64,000 nt of DNA from positions 320,001 through 384,000 of the forward strand of contig JAVLKG010000002.1 of NCBI GenBank assembly GCA_032128875.1, in the 5' to 3' direction. The translations under genes and the position numbers were made by a program. This DNA is from Candidatus Melainabacteria bacterium 17Bon1m. Its GTDB lineage: Bacteria > Cyanobacteriota > Vampirovibrionia > Obscuribacterales > Obscuribacteraceae. The notes beneath the pieces were generated by a model, which saw nothing but the letters and a program-made list of their open reading frames with translations, made no database searches and was not told the DNA's origin. Of the stretch, positions 1-9,088 are shown piece after piece. Positions within the stretch are counted from its first letter, which is position 1; each line of letters starts with the position of its first letter.

Positions 1-1
1 T

Positions 2-973
2 TATGCAGTTAGCCCCGTCTTCTTCAGTTCGGGTACCACGTTGACTGCTCAGCCTTATCAAGGAACGAGCAGCCTTCTGACCAACTTCAATACTTCCGGT
101 ATTGGTCTCGGTATCTTGAACTCTGTTCCGCAGCTTCTGTCGCAAGCAGTATTGCTTGGTTCTCCTGGTTCTACTAGCTTCTCGCAAGCTCAGAATGGAT
201 TGGGTAACCTCTTCCAGATGATGAGTAATTTCGCGACTAACGATAAGACTCGTTTCGGTATCAACCCGACAGTTCAAGGGATTATTTCTCAGAGCAGAGC
301 TAGAATCCTCACCGAGCCAACCCTCGTAACTATGTCCGGTGAACGTGCTGCGTTCCTCGCCGGCGGCGAAATTCCAATCTTGCAATCTATCGCCACCGCT
401 GGTACGTCGCAGTTCTCGGTAACCTTCGAACCGTTCGGTATCCGCTTGAACATGATCCCTGTGCTCATGGAAAACGGAAACATCAACCTCGAAGTTTCTC
501 CTGAAGAGCGTCTGATTTCGAACCAAACCGGTTTGGGTCTGACCTTCGTAGGCGGTCAAGGTACGATTCCTGCATTCACCACAAGAAAGGCTCAAACCAT
601 TGTTGAGATGAAGCCGGGTCAAGAACTGTTTATCTCTGGTTTGATTTCGGCAAACACCGGTCGTCAAATCAACAAAACTCCAGTCCTCGGCGAAGTGCCT
701 GTGCTCGGTGCTCTGTACCGTTCGAAAGCCTTCACCAAAAACGAATCCGAACTCGTAGTTGCAGTACGTCCGGAAATCATCCTTCCTGGAACGCCTGGAC
801 AACTCAAGCTTCCTGAAGAAGTGGGCAGAGTCGAAGGACCGCGCGACGTCAACATGTTCCAAGTTGAACCGACCGTCATCGACGAACGTCACTACACCTC
901 GGGTCGCGCAGAAAGAAGACAAAAGACTTCTCCCACATTGCCTGAAGGCGCTCCAATTCCGGATAGCCAATAG
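2..973 (+). CDS. cpaC: Secretin of the Tad/Flp pilus (CpaC/RcpA family), C-terminal part; 5' end lies outside the window
   Basis: Secretin motifs ILTEPTLVTMSGERAAFLAGGEIP, FEPFGIRL and KTPVLGEVPVLGALYRSKAFTKNESELVVAVRPEI; frame is open back to position 2. Confidence 0.85.
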   Translation, partial: YAVSPVFFSSGTTLTAQPYQGTSSLLTNFNTSGIGLGILNSVPQLLSQAVLLGSPGSTSFSQAQNGLGNLFQMMSNFATNDKTRFGINPTVQGIISQSRARILTEPTLVTMSGERAAFLAGGEIPILQSIATAGTSQFSVTFEPFGIRLNMIPVLMENGNINLEVSPEERLISNQTGLGLTFVGGQGTIPAFTTRKAQTIVEMKPGQELFISGLISANTGRQINKTPVLGEVPVLGALYRSKAFTKNESELVVAVRPEIILPGTPGQLKLPEEVGRVEGPRDVNMFQVEPTVIDERHYTSGRAERRQKTSPTLPEGAPIPDSQ

Positions 974-999
974 TCAATCGGGTAGTCAGAAAATCGAAG

Positions 1000-1032
1000 G
1001 CGGCGGGATGCAAGTCCCGCCGTTTTTCTTTT
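1000..1032 (+). terminator. Rho-independent terminator after the secretin gene
   Basis: Stem CGGCGGGA/TCCCGCCG around a GCAA-containing loop, followed by TTTTTCTTTT. Confidence 0.85.
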
Positions 1033-1069
1033 GTTGTATCCTGCGTTAGCGTTGCGGCTTCTGCTCAAA

Positions 1070-1099
1070 CAAAAAACTCAGCGGCACATTGCTGCTGAG
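1070..1099 (-). terminator. Rho-independent terminator of the BlaI-family gene
   Basis: Stem CTCAGCGGCA/TGCTGCTGAG with an A6 run on its left (T-tract on the minus strand). Confidence 0.7.
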
Positions 1100-1131
1100 C
1101 TTTCAATTCAATTTATTGGTGAGGCAGGCGG

Positions 1132-1536
1132 TTAGCGCTTCTTCGTTGGCTTCTTCTCGAAGCGACGGCGCGTAGCCTCTGCTAAATAAGTTGCGGACTC
1201 TTCGGGAAACTCTTCGAAGAAAATGTCGAGCACCCAATTCACCGAGTTGCGAATGAATTGCTCGCGTCCTTCGACAGGCGAGTAGAGATTTGCCAAGCCT
1301 GACTTGTCGACAATCTTGAGAAGTCCCTTCTCTGACAGACGAACCATCGTCGTCATCACTGTTGTATAGGCGATGTCACGCTTGAGACGCAAAATGTTGA
1401 AGACGTCTCTTACTGTAATTGTCGGATCGGCTTTGTCCCAAACCAATTCCATAATTTCGCATTCCAAATCGCCAAGGAATTTGCGAAGACCCTTCTGATT
1501 GAACCTGAAGGAGGCGTTTTCGTCGTGTATTCTCAT
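1132..1536 (-). CDS. BlaI/MecI/CopY family transcriptional repressor
   Basis: LGDLECEIMELVW...TVRDVF...IAYTTVMTTMVRLSEKGLL winged-helix signature; start placed at MRIHDEN (the ORF extends to 1602). Confidence 0.85.
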   Translation of the reverse strand: MRIHDENASFRFNQKGLRKFLGDLECEIMELVWDKADPTITVRDVFNILRLKRDIAYTTVMTTMVRLSEKGLLKIVDKSGLANLYSPVEGREQFIRNSVNWVLDIFFEEFPEESATYLAEATRRRFEKKPTKKR

Positions 1537-1793
1537 CCGACCGACTTTTGCTAGACTTTTAGACCACTGTGCACGAAACCAATCGTAACATAGCAAGCGC
1601 ATATTGGGGATAGACGCGATTTTAGGCGAAATGGTGTAAAACCACTATTACTCAGCTTTTCCGGTATCTCCTATGGGCTGTAGCAAATAGTAATATTTTC
1701 GGATATTGCACCATTTTTTGTGAAACGACTGCATAGCGGTTGTAATCAACCGTCGATAATAAGTCTGAGCAAATCTAGTAAACAGGAAGCAAA

Positions 1794-2378
1794 ATGGCAG
1801 ACAAGAAAAAACCGGTTGTATTTCTCGATCGCGACGGAACACTCAATGTCGAGATCGGATATATCCGCAAGGTTGAAGACCTGCAGTTGATTGAAGGCGC
1901 AGGGCAAGCTGTGAAGAAGCTCAATGACAAAGGCGTTGCAGCGGTACTTGTCACCAACCAAACCGGTGCTGCTCGCGGTTATTACCCGGAGAATCACATT
2001 CTTTCACTCAATGAGCGCTTGATCATGTTGCTCAAAAATGAAGGCGCGTTCCTTGACGATGTTTACTATTGCCCGCACTTAGAAGAAGGTGAAGTAAAGG
2101 AATTCAGCTTTGCTTGCGACTGCAGAAAGCCGGCACGTGGCATGGTTGATAAGGCGCTAGCCGATCACCCGGAGTTTGATGCAGAGCGCTCTTTCGTTGT
2201 TGGTGATAAAGCAACCGATGTCGAGCTGGCTCACAATTGCGGCGCTAAAGGCGTGCTTGTGAGAACAGGTTATGGTGAGGCTGTTCTCAAAGGTGAGTAT
2301 CAAAACAAAGTGGATGCCGACTTCGAAGCCGGTTCTATCGTCGAGGCGGTCGACTGGATTTTGAAACAGCTTGATTAG
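1794..2378 (+). CDS. gmhB: D-glycero-D-manno-heptose-1,7-bisphosphate phosphatase (HAD IIIA)
   Basis: FLDRDGTLN, VTNQTG, YYCPH...CDCRKP, VGDKATD. Confidence 0.85.
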   Translation: MADKKKPVVFLDRDGTLNVEIGYIRKVEDLQLIEGAGQAVKKLNDKGVAAVLVTNQTGAARGYYPENHILSLNERLIMLLKNEGAFLDDVYYCPHLEEGEVKEFSFACDCRKPARGMVDKALADHPEFDAERSFVVGDKATDVELAHNCGAKGVLVRTGYGEAVLKGEYQNKVDADFEAGSIVEAVDWILKQLD

Positions 2379-2401
2379 GCCTTATTTGCTCTCACGCCGC
2401 T

Positions 2402-3751
2402 CTAGCCGCGCATCTTCAAACTTGAGCGCAGCAGCGTGCTGATTTCGTTGATCAAGCTGGGCATGTCGAAGGGCTTCGGCAGGTAAAGATCTGCACCGGC
2501 CTCCAGAGCCAGTGATTGGTCAGGATGGGATGTAGCCATGACGAGCCAGATGCTCTTCAATTCGTCATCGTCTTTCAAAGTTCTGCACAAAGACCAACCG
2601 TCCATTTGACGGTCGGATAAATTCGACTCCAAAAGAATCAAGTCGGGATGCTCATGGCGAGCCAGTTCAAGAGCGTCATCCGCAGACGAGGTCACTTGCA
2701 CCACGTAGCCTTCGAGTGTTAATGAGTCCTGCAGCAATAGAGCCATTGGTCCATCAGGTTCAACCACAAGAATGCGAGACTGATGACCAGATGATGTTCC
2801 GACTTCTTCTTCTAAGTCGTCATCAGGCTGTGGCTGCGGCATGCTGTCGGTAACCCAGGTGGAGCCTGAATATTGCTTGGAAAGATAGCGGTAGTCACGT
2901 GCTGATGTGAGAACATCGACATAACTTTGATAACGTCGTTTGGTACTGGAAACAATTCCGATAGCAATCGAGATGAGAGGAATTCTTCTTCTGATGCCGC
3001 CTCTGCCTGTCGAAATCAGATAGCCTCTTTCGATGTCTCCCTTTGGATAAAATCGGCGGCTGATGCTGTCGAATTGCTGGCAAATCTTTTCTGCTTTTCT
3101 CTCCGGATTGTCCGGCTTGACGATCATAAAGAAGTCGTCTGCCTCGATGTGACCTACGAAGTCATCATCATCAGCAACGTCGGTAAGAACCGCACCCAAA
3201 GCTTTGATGAGCTGATCGCCTGCTAAGTCGCCATAGGTTTCGTTATAAACACGAATCTTATTCAAGTCGATAGACATCGCCGACCATGGCTTATCCGAAA
3301 CCATACATTGTTCGAGCATGCGTCTGATCAAGTTGGGCCCGGGCAATTGGCTCAACGGGTTGGACATTTCTTCCTGGCGTCGTCTCAAGTGAGCCAAAAC
3401 CCGGATGGCAAGCTCATTTTTGTCAATCGGATCACCGAGCACATCGTCCGCTCCGTAGCGGAATGCGCTGATTCTTTCATTGACGTCGGAAGACGCATGC
3501 AACAGTACTAGCACCGGCCGTGGTTGCACAACCGTTGCTCTGATTTGTTGGCAGTAGAGCCTGCCATCACCTTCCGGCATTTGCGCAGCCAGAAGAATCA
3601 AGTCAGGGTGGATGAAAGAAAGCAATTCATTGGCTTCTTCAAATGAGGTGACAGCGTGAACTTTTGCACCTGTCTTCTCGAGAATTGATGAATAGTCAGC
3701 GGCCTGGCGCGGTTGGTGAATGATAAGGATGATTGGAGTAGGCAGCAGCAT
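2402..3751 (-). CDS. REC-GGDEF-REC signalling protein with all three domains degenerate
   Basis: N-terminal REC (PDLILL...GADDVL), GGDEF-like core (NPLSQLPG, YNETYGDLAGDQLI, GHIEADDF) and C-terminal REC (GADLYLPKPF). Confidence 0.8.
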   Translation of the reverse strand: MLLPTPIILIIHQPRQAADYSSILEKTGAKVHAVTSFEEANELLSFIHPDLILLAAQMPEGDGRLYCQQIRATVVQPRPVLVLLHASSDVNERISAFRYGADDVLGDPIDKNELAIRVLAHLRRRQEEMSNPLSQLPGPNLIRRMLEQCMVSDKPWSAMSIDLNKIRVYNETYGDLAGDQLIKALGAVLTDVADDDDFVGHIEADDFFMIVKPDNPERKAEKICQQFDSISRRFYPKGDIERGYLISTGRGGIRRRIPLISIAIGIVSSTKRRYQSYVDVLTSARDYRYLSKQYSGSTWVTDSMPQPQPDDDLEEEVGTSSGHQSRILVVEPDGPMALLLQDSLTLEGYVVQVTSSADDALELARHEHPDLILLESNLSDRQMDGWSLCRTLKDDDELKSIWLVMATSHPDQSLALEAGADLYLPKPFDMPSLINEISTLLRSSLKMRG

Positions 3752-3752
3752 G

Positions 3753-4916
3753 TCAGTCGCGACCTCTTGCTGCTTGCATTTCTAATGATGCGGCCGGCAG
3801 CTGCACCGTGAATGTGGTGCAACCAGGAACACTGGTGACTTTGATCTGCCCGCCTAATGCCACTACCAGCGAACGTGTGATGTACAGACCCAAGCCTGTT
3901 CCTTCGGTCTGCCTTGTTAGCGGATTGTCGAGGCGCGAGAACTTCGAGAAGATCTCAGGCAAATGCTCTTGTGGAATGCCACCACCTTGGTCGGCAACTG
4001 AGAACTCAACCATCTCAGGAGTTCCAGGCACGTCTCTGGCTACTACCGTAACTGTTGTTTCCGCGGGCGAATACTTGATCGCGTTGTCGATCAAGTTGGT
4101 CAAAATCTGTTCCAATCTATCTGCGTCTGCCCAAACAAGTGGAAGTCCAGCCGGAATCACTTCGTTGATCTTGTGATTGCGAGCCTTTTCCGACAAGATG
4201 TGCGTCACTCTCTGAATGGCTTCGCGCAGATCAATCGCACGGACAGTAAGCTGTAATTTTTTAGATTCCAATCGTGAAACCGCGAGCAAGTCTTCAACAA
4301 GCCGCGTCAGGCGGTCTGCTTGTTGTTTGATGATGTCGATGTAGCGGCGCTGCTGCGTAATGTCGAGGCGATCACCAGCGCGCAAAATAGTATCGGCAAA
4401 GCCTTTGATAGATGTAAGCGGCGTGCGCAATTCGTGGCTGACTGTGCTCACGAATTCAGTCTGGGCTTGCTGCACCGTATGACTTTGGACCACGTACAAG
4501 ACAGTCAGGCTGCCGACTTCCTTATCGTCTTTGTCCGTGATCGGCAGATAGCTTGCCGGCACTGTCATATCGACACCGTTCTTGCCATATGCAGTTGCAA
4601 ATTTCCAATTGCTTGGCTCGGGCGTGGCGTTCTTATCGAAGGTGCCACCAGCTGCGATGGCAGCAAGCGGATTACTGCCGGGAGCAAGCGTGCCTCCTAC
4701 TCCAGCACCTACCGAAGAAACCTCTTTATCTTTCAGGGACGCTTCATCGAAGATGGCAAAAAGCTTTTGTCCTGCGACTTCATTTGTTTCGCGCCCAAGA
4801 AATTTAGCTGCTGACGGATTGCAATAGGAGATTACTCCTTTCAGATCGGTCACGATATAACCATCTGCGGAGTGTTCGGTGAGGCAACGGTAGATGTCTT
4901 CAGTCTTAATGCTCAA
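3753..4916 (-). CDS. Cytoplasmic PAS-HisKA-HATPase sensor histidine kinase
   Basis: PAS (DGYIVTDLKGVISYCNPSA), H-box SHELRTPLTSIKG, N-box NLIDNAIKYS, G boxes DQGGGI and GTGLGL; TTG start. Confidence 0.9.
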   Translation of the reverse strand: MSIKTEDIYRCLTEHSADGYIVTDLKGVISYCNPSAAKFLGRETNEVAGQKLFAIFDEASLKDKEVSSVGAGVGGTLAPGSNPLAAIAAGGTFDKNATPEPSNWKFATAYGKNGVDMTVPASYLPITDKDDKEVGSLTVLYVVQSHTVQQAQTEFVSTVSHELRTPLTSIKGFADTILRAGDRLDITQQRRYIDIIKQQADRLTRLVEDLLAVSRLESKKLQLTVRAIDLREAIQRVTHILSEKARNHKINEVIPAGLPLVWADADRLEQILTNLIDNAIKYSPAETTVTVVARDVPGTPEMVEFSVADQGGGIPQEHLPEIFSKFSRLDNPLTRQTEGTGLGLYITRSLVVALGGQIKVTSVPGCTTFTVQLPAASLEMQAARGRD

Positions 4917-5183
4917 CGCTGAGACTCAGGAGACTTGGGTTTAGATTTCACGCGAATTTGGCGCCGGACGCCTTAAATCCTAAGTTAACATCAGAAAGAC
5001 AGGGGGAGATGCATTACAACCTATCCTTAAGGTTTAGGACTGTAAACACCCGTGCCACCCAAAAATCCCCAAAGCCAGACCTGCCAAAGCTTAAGAGAAA
5101 TGAAGCAGATTGAGGGTTTTGCCCCAGGCTATAGAGCAGCCGTTTGAGGAACTCCTGCCTTCATTGCCGTTTTCTTCGGACTC

Positions 5184-5711
5184 TTAGGCTTTGTCTTCTT
5201 CGGCTGCGCCTTCTTCGTTTTCATCTTCTTCGGCGTTTTTGGCTGCGCCGTCTTCGTTATTTCCGCTATTCTCACTAATGCCGCCGCCATTCTCGGCGCC
5301 ATACTCGCCGCCACTTTTCTCGCTACGTGACGCGTTCACGAGTTGCAGCAATTCGTTGAGGCGGTCCATATCGGTCAAATAAAGGTAACCAAGCAGCGCC
5401 TCGAATGCCGTAGCTTTGCGATAGAGAGCCTGTTCGGAGCGGCGATACGCTGCTGGTTTCATATTTCTGGCGCGCCTTACCAGGTCGCGCTCTTCATCCT
5501 TCAGTGCGTCGGTCAGCATGTGGAGCGCTTTGGCTTGCCCTTTATAGGAAACGACCCCAGCAGTGCGCTTGTGCATTTCCTTGGCGCTTGAAGCCGTAAG
5601 GACCTCTTTCTCTCGCACAAACAAGTGAAACACTGCGTCACCGACGTGCGCCAGTTGCCGCAGCGGAATGTCTGCCGCTTGCGATTGACTCAGCTTCGTG
5701 CCTGAAAGCAT
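5184..5711 (-). CDS. mrnC: Mini-ribonuclease III with an acidic low-complexity tail
   Basis: LAHVGDAVF, RRARN, YRKATAFEALLGYLYL; no dsRBD. Confidence 0.85.
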   Translation of the reverse strand: MLSGTKLSQSQAADIPLRQLAHVGDAVFHLFVREKEVLTASSAKEMHKRTAGVVSYKGQAKALHMLTDALKDEERDLVRRARNMKPAAYRRSEQALYRKATAFEALLGYLYLTDMDRLNELLQLVNASRSEKSGGEYGAENGGGISENSGNNEDGAAKNAEEDENEEGAAEEDKA

Positions 5712-5716
5712 GACGC

Positions 5717-6505
5717 TTAGGTCTTATCGTTGGAGCTTTTGCCTTTTAAGTTCTCGCCGAGGACCTGTAAAGCAAAGCTGGGCAACGATGACATCATACG
5801 TTTTGCGCGCCACGGTTCGCAGAGCAATCTGTAAAACCACTCCAGATGGCATTTTTGGAATATTTCTGGGGCGCGTTTTACCGTGCCTGTCCATACGTCA
5901 AAACTTCCACCGACGCCAATCATCACTGCTCGCGGGAAAGAATGTTGCCACTTGTCGATGAAATACTCTTGCTTTGGCACGCCCAAAGCCACAAGAATCA
6001 GCTCAGGCTCTTGCGGGAGCAATTCGTCCACAATTTCCGGTTCTTGATCTCTGGTGAAATAACCGTCTTGTGCGCCGACGATTTTGATGCTAGGGAAGTC
6101 TTCTTGAAGCTTTGCCTTCAATTGCACCATCACTTCTGGCTTACCACCAATCAGCGCTATGCGCCGTCCTTCGCGGCAGGCAACCTCCAAAGTCTTTCTA
6201 GCAAGTTGAATACCGGGCAGGCGTGAAGACTGTTGTCCAGCCAGTTTTAGTGCCCAAACAACACCTGAGCCGTCTGGGATAATCAGATGAGCGTGGCGAA
6301 TTATTCTGTCCAGCTCAGCGTTTTTCTGCGCCTGCACAACCATCTCCGCATTCAGCGTGACAATGTGCATTCCTCTTTCGCCCTGCCATGCAGCCTGAAC
6401 AACGCTTATCGCGCTGTCTTCGTTGACTACATCAACTGGATATCCGAGAACTTTGTGTCGTGATCTGTAAGTTGCTAACAAGGTTGACATTACGTGCGGT
6501 GCCAT
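5717..6505 (-). CDS. WecB/TagA/CpsF family glycosyltransferase (GT26)
   Basis: IVTLNAEM, IPDGSGVVWA, LVALGVPKQE, GVGGSFDV, RAP, LEWFYRL..EPWR. Confidence 0.9.
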   Translation of the reverse strand: MAPHVMSTLLATYRSRHKVLGYPVDVVNEDSAISVVQAAWQGERGMHIVTLNAEMVVQAQKNAELDRIIRHAHLIIPDGSGVVWALKLAGQQSSRLPGIQLARKTLEVACREGRRIALIGGKPEVMVQLKAKLQEDFPSIKIVGAQDGYFTRDQEPEIVDELLPQEPELILVALGVPKQEYFIDKWQHSFPRAVMIGVGGSFDVWTGTVKRAPEIFQKCHLEWFYRLLCEPWRAKRMMSSLPSFALQVLGENLKGKSSNDKT

Positions 6506-6583
6506 CTTTTCGATTTTACTTCCTAAGCGATTAGAAGTTGCAAGGGCTCTTGTTGGTCAGCCCACAAGATCACAAAAGCTCGA

Positions 6584-7726
6584 CTATTTTTTGATGTCTA
6601 AAATTTTAGCTAGTAGCTGGAAGTTCCTGCAAGCCAATTTTTTTGCACTTTCGGCATTTTCCTTCGCTTGCAGATGAAGCTTTCCAAGGTCTTGAAGACC
6701 AGCTGATGCGGAATCGAGCCACTTTTTCTCCAGCTCTGCGTCTCCTTGCTCCTTTGGCAAAATTAAGATTGGCTGACCAAATTGGCGTAGCACATGCTCG
6801 ACTTTTGCATCGTACGTGAGCCCAATAACCGGAATTCCTTCCTTGAGGGCGAAGATGAGCGCATGTAGTCTCATGGCAACGACAAGATTGAACTGGCGCA
6901 TCAGGCTCACCCATTGGCTAGGGCGCTCCAGTGCCGAAGTATCCAACATCAGTCCATTTCTTCCTGCCTTCTTCCAGCTTTCCAGAAATGGCTCTAGCTG
7001 AGGCAAATCTTGTTCTTTCTGTAAAGGTAGGAGCACGAGAGCGGCATCCGCGGGCAATGTTTTGAGTAAGACAGAAAGCAAAATTTCTCTTCTGCTGTCT
7101 GAAAAGTTGTGGCTATTGCGCAATGAAAGCCCGACGACAAGTCCATTTGTAGGTCTTACACTGTCGATTTGACTGCGAACACTCTCCGGCAGCTCTGTTT
7201 CATCAAGGGTCCAGACGGGGTCAGCGGTAAGTTCTGCTTTTACGTTCCAGCTTTCCAGCATTGCCAATGAGGCTTTGTCACGCACCGTAACGTCTTGCGA
7301 AAGCCTGGCGGCTAGCCGGGTCGCCACCTTTCCTGTTGATGAATTAAGTGGACCCAGACCCTGCGCAAAAATCATCGGGTGAGCACCAAACGCCCGCGCC
7401 AGCGCGATTTGTCCACCGTAGTAAATTGTGGACCCTGGCGAGTTTGTGTCTTGAAAGAGACCGCCGCCGCCGCTGATGAAGAGCTTTGCCTTGGGCAGCA
7501 ACTCAACCAGGGACGCCAGCTTCCACCTGCTGACCGCCTCAACGCCATAGGTGGCACGATGCTTTTCCGGATCGTTGGACAAAACAACGATTTTGTTTTT
7601 GGAAACCGTTTTCTCCAGTTCGCGAATTATAGATTCGAGGATTGCCTCATCACCGAGGTTTCCAAAGCCGTAATAGCCTGAAATTAGTACCAGTGATCTG
7701 CCTGAGGCTTTTTGGCTGTTCGTCAT
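6584..7726 (-). CDS. csaB: Polysaccharide pyruvyl transferase
   Basis: ISGYYGFGNLGDEAIL, SGGGGLFQD, AQGLGPL, TVRD, ADPV, MRLHALI, YDAKV. Confidence 0.9.
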   Translation of the reverse strand: MTNSQKASGRSLVLISGYYGFGNLGDEAILESIIRELEKTVSKNKIVVLSNDPEKHRATYGVEAVSRWKLASLVELLPKAKLFISGGGGLFQDTNSPGSTIYYGGQIALARAFGAHPMIFAQGLGPLNSSTGKVATRLAARLSQDVTVRDKASLAMLESWNVKAELTADPVWTLDETELPESVRSQIDSVRPTNGLVVGLSLRNSHNFSDSRREILLSVLLKTLPADAALVLLPLQKEQDLPQLEPFLESWKKAGRNGLMLDTSALERPSQWVSLMRQFNLVVAMRLHALIFALKEGIPVIGLTYDAKVEHVLRQFGQPILILPKEQGDAELEKKWLDSASAGLQDLGKLHLQAKENAESAKKLACRNFQLLAKILDIKK

Positions 7727-7816
7727 GCTTTCCTAATTCTTCATCGCAATGAAGAAGATAGCAGATAGAATATCTTGATTCCGAAGAATTCGCGCGAGAA
7801 GTTTTCCGAAAAAATT

Positions 7817-9010
7817 ATGGATAGCAAGTTGAGAGCGAATGTGGCTAGTTCGAAAAAACAGAAAGGTGCTGCCGAAATTCAGTCGCCGTCGGAATTAACG
7901 AACGCTCTTTCATCAAAAGGCGATAAGCTCTACCTGCTTCCTGGAGCCTCACGCGACTTGCCATCGCAATTCGATGCAGGCGAGCGCGAAGTGAATTTTG
8001 TCACGTTGGCGAAGCACAAAGAGATTATCGAGTATTCAACATCTGACCAGGTGATTTCGATTAGCCTGGGAATGACGGTTGGCGAGCTGGATGAGTTAAC
8101 TGCGAAGAACAAACAATTTTTGCCGCTTTCTTGCAATCACGAGAGCACATTGTTTGATGTGATAAACAGCGGTGATGGCGGGCTTTGGGAACACGCTTTC
8201 GGCGGACCCCGCGATCTTGTAATGGGACTTCATGCTGTTTTACCTGATGGCAAAACGATTAAAACGGGCGGCAAAGTCGTAAAGAATGTCACCGGATACG
8301 ATACTACAAAGATATTTGTCGGCGGACGAATGTATTTTGGTATTCCAATTGCAGCTCACTTGCGGCTCTATGCCAGACCAGAGTGGACGCATACTATGGA
8401 ACTGGCAGCCAGTTCTGTTTTACAACTTCTCGACCAGGCATCTGTTTTCATGCAATCGGATATTCCGATCACAACGCTAGTAATTTCAGGTTCCAGAGAT
8501 GGCGGCGCAAGAATGTTTGTGCAGCTGACGGGGCATAAGATTGTTGCGGATGAGCTTGTAAAGCCACTAAAGGCTATTGCCGCAAAAGCACTCTCGATTA
8601 GCGAGACTTCTTCTGCGTTCGATTCACGCGAAGAAGAACTTCTCCAACACTGCCAAGCCAACATAAATGCGGTCGAAATTTCCGCCTCGATTTCGCAGAT
8701 GCGTTTGATTCTTTCGCTGCTTTCAGACGTGATTGCAGGAAAGACTGAAATCAAGATTCGCCCGGGCACAGGGCGCTTTCTCATATGCTGCGGTTCTGCC
8801 GAAGAAAGGTCTGCCGTTCTCGATCATCTGCGCGACGCTTTAGAAAAAGAAAGTCTATCGCTTGTTGCCGCCTATGCCGATGAATCTCTGGAGCGCAAAA
8901 TTGAGAGAATCGGCATCACCGAGGAAGGCAGCAGCAATCAGGCTATCGTTCGTTCGCTCAAATTGCGTTTTGATCAAAAACGAATTTTGAACCCGCTGGT
9001 TTCTTGGTAA
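7817..9010 (+). CDS. glcE: FAD-binding oxidoreductase, GlcE-like subunit (start uncertain, 7775-7841)
   Basis: GGPRDLVMG, KTGGKVVKNVTGYDTTK, C-terminal LKLRFDQKRILNP; adjacent to glcF. Confidence 0.7.
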   Translation: MDSKLRANVASSKKQKGAAEIQSPSELTNALSSKGDKLYLLPGASRDLPSQFDAGEREVNFVTLAKHKEIIEYSTSDQVISISLGMTVGELDELTAKNKQFLPLSCNHESTLFDVINSGDGGLWEHAFGGPRDLVMGLHAVLPDGKTIKTGGKVVKNVTGYDTTKIFVGGRMYFGIPIAAHLRLYARPEWTHTMELAASSVLQLLDQASVFMQSDIPITTLVISGSRDGGARMFVQLTGHKIVADELVKPLKAIAAKALSISETSSAFDSREEELLQHCQANINAVEISASISQMRLILSLLSDVIAGKTEIKIRPGTGRFLICCGSAEERSAVLDHLRDALEKESLSLVAAYADESLERKIERIGITEEGSSNQAIVRSLKLRFDQKRILNPLVSW

Positions 9011-9088
9011 TGTTCATTTTGAACAAGCCGCAACCAGGCGACTGCTTCAGGCCTACAGTACAATTAAGCTGTTTAATTAGAGGCGTTT

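Noticed and set aside
4971-4991. Cyanobacterial-type Pho box (CTTAA repeats)
   Set aside because: Half-site spacing is 12 bp rather than 11 and the match is weak
5129-5314. Lys-rich histone-like 61-aa ORF
   Set aside because: Alternative frame of the Mini-III low-complexity tail
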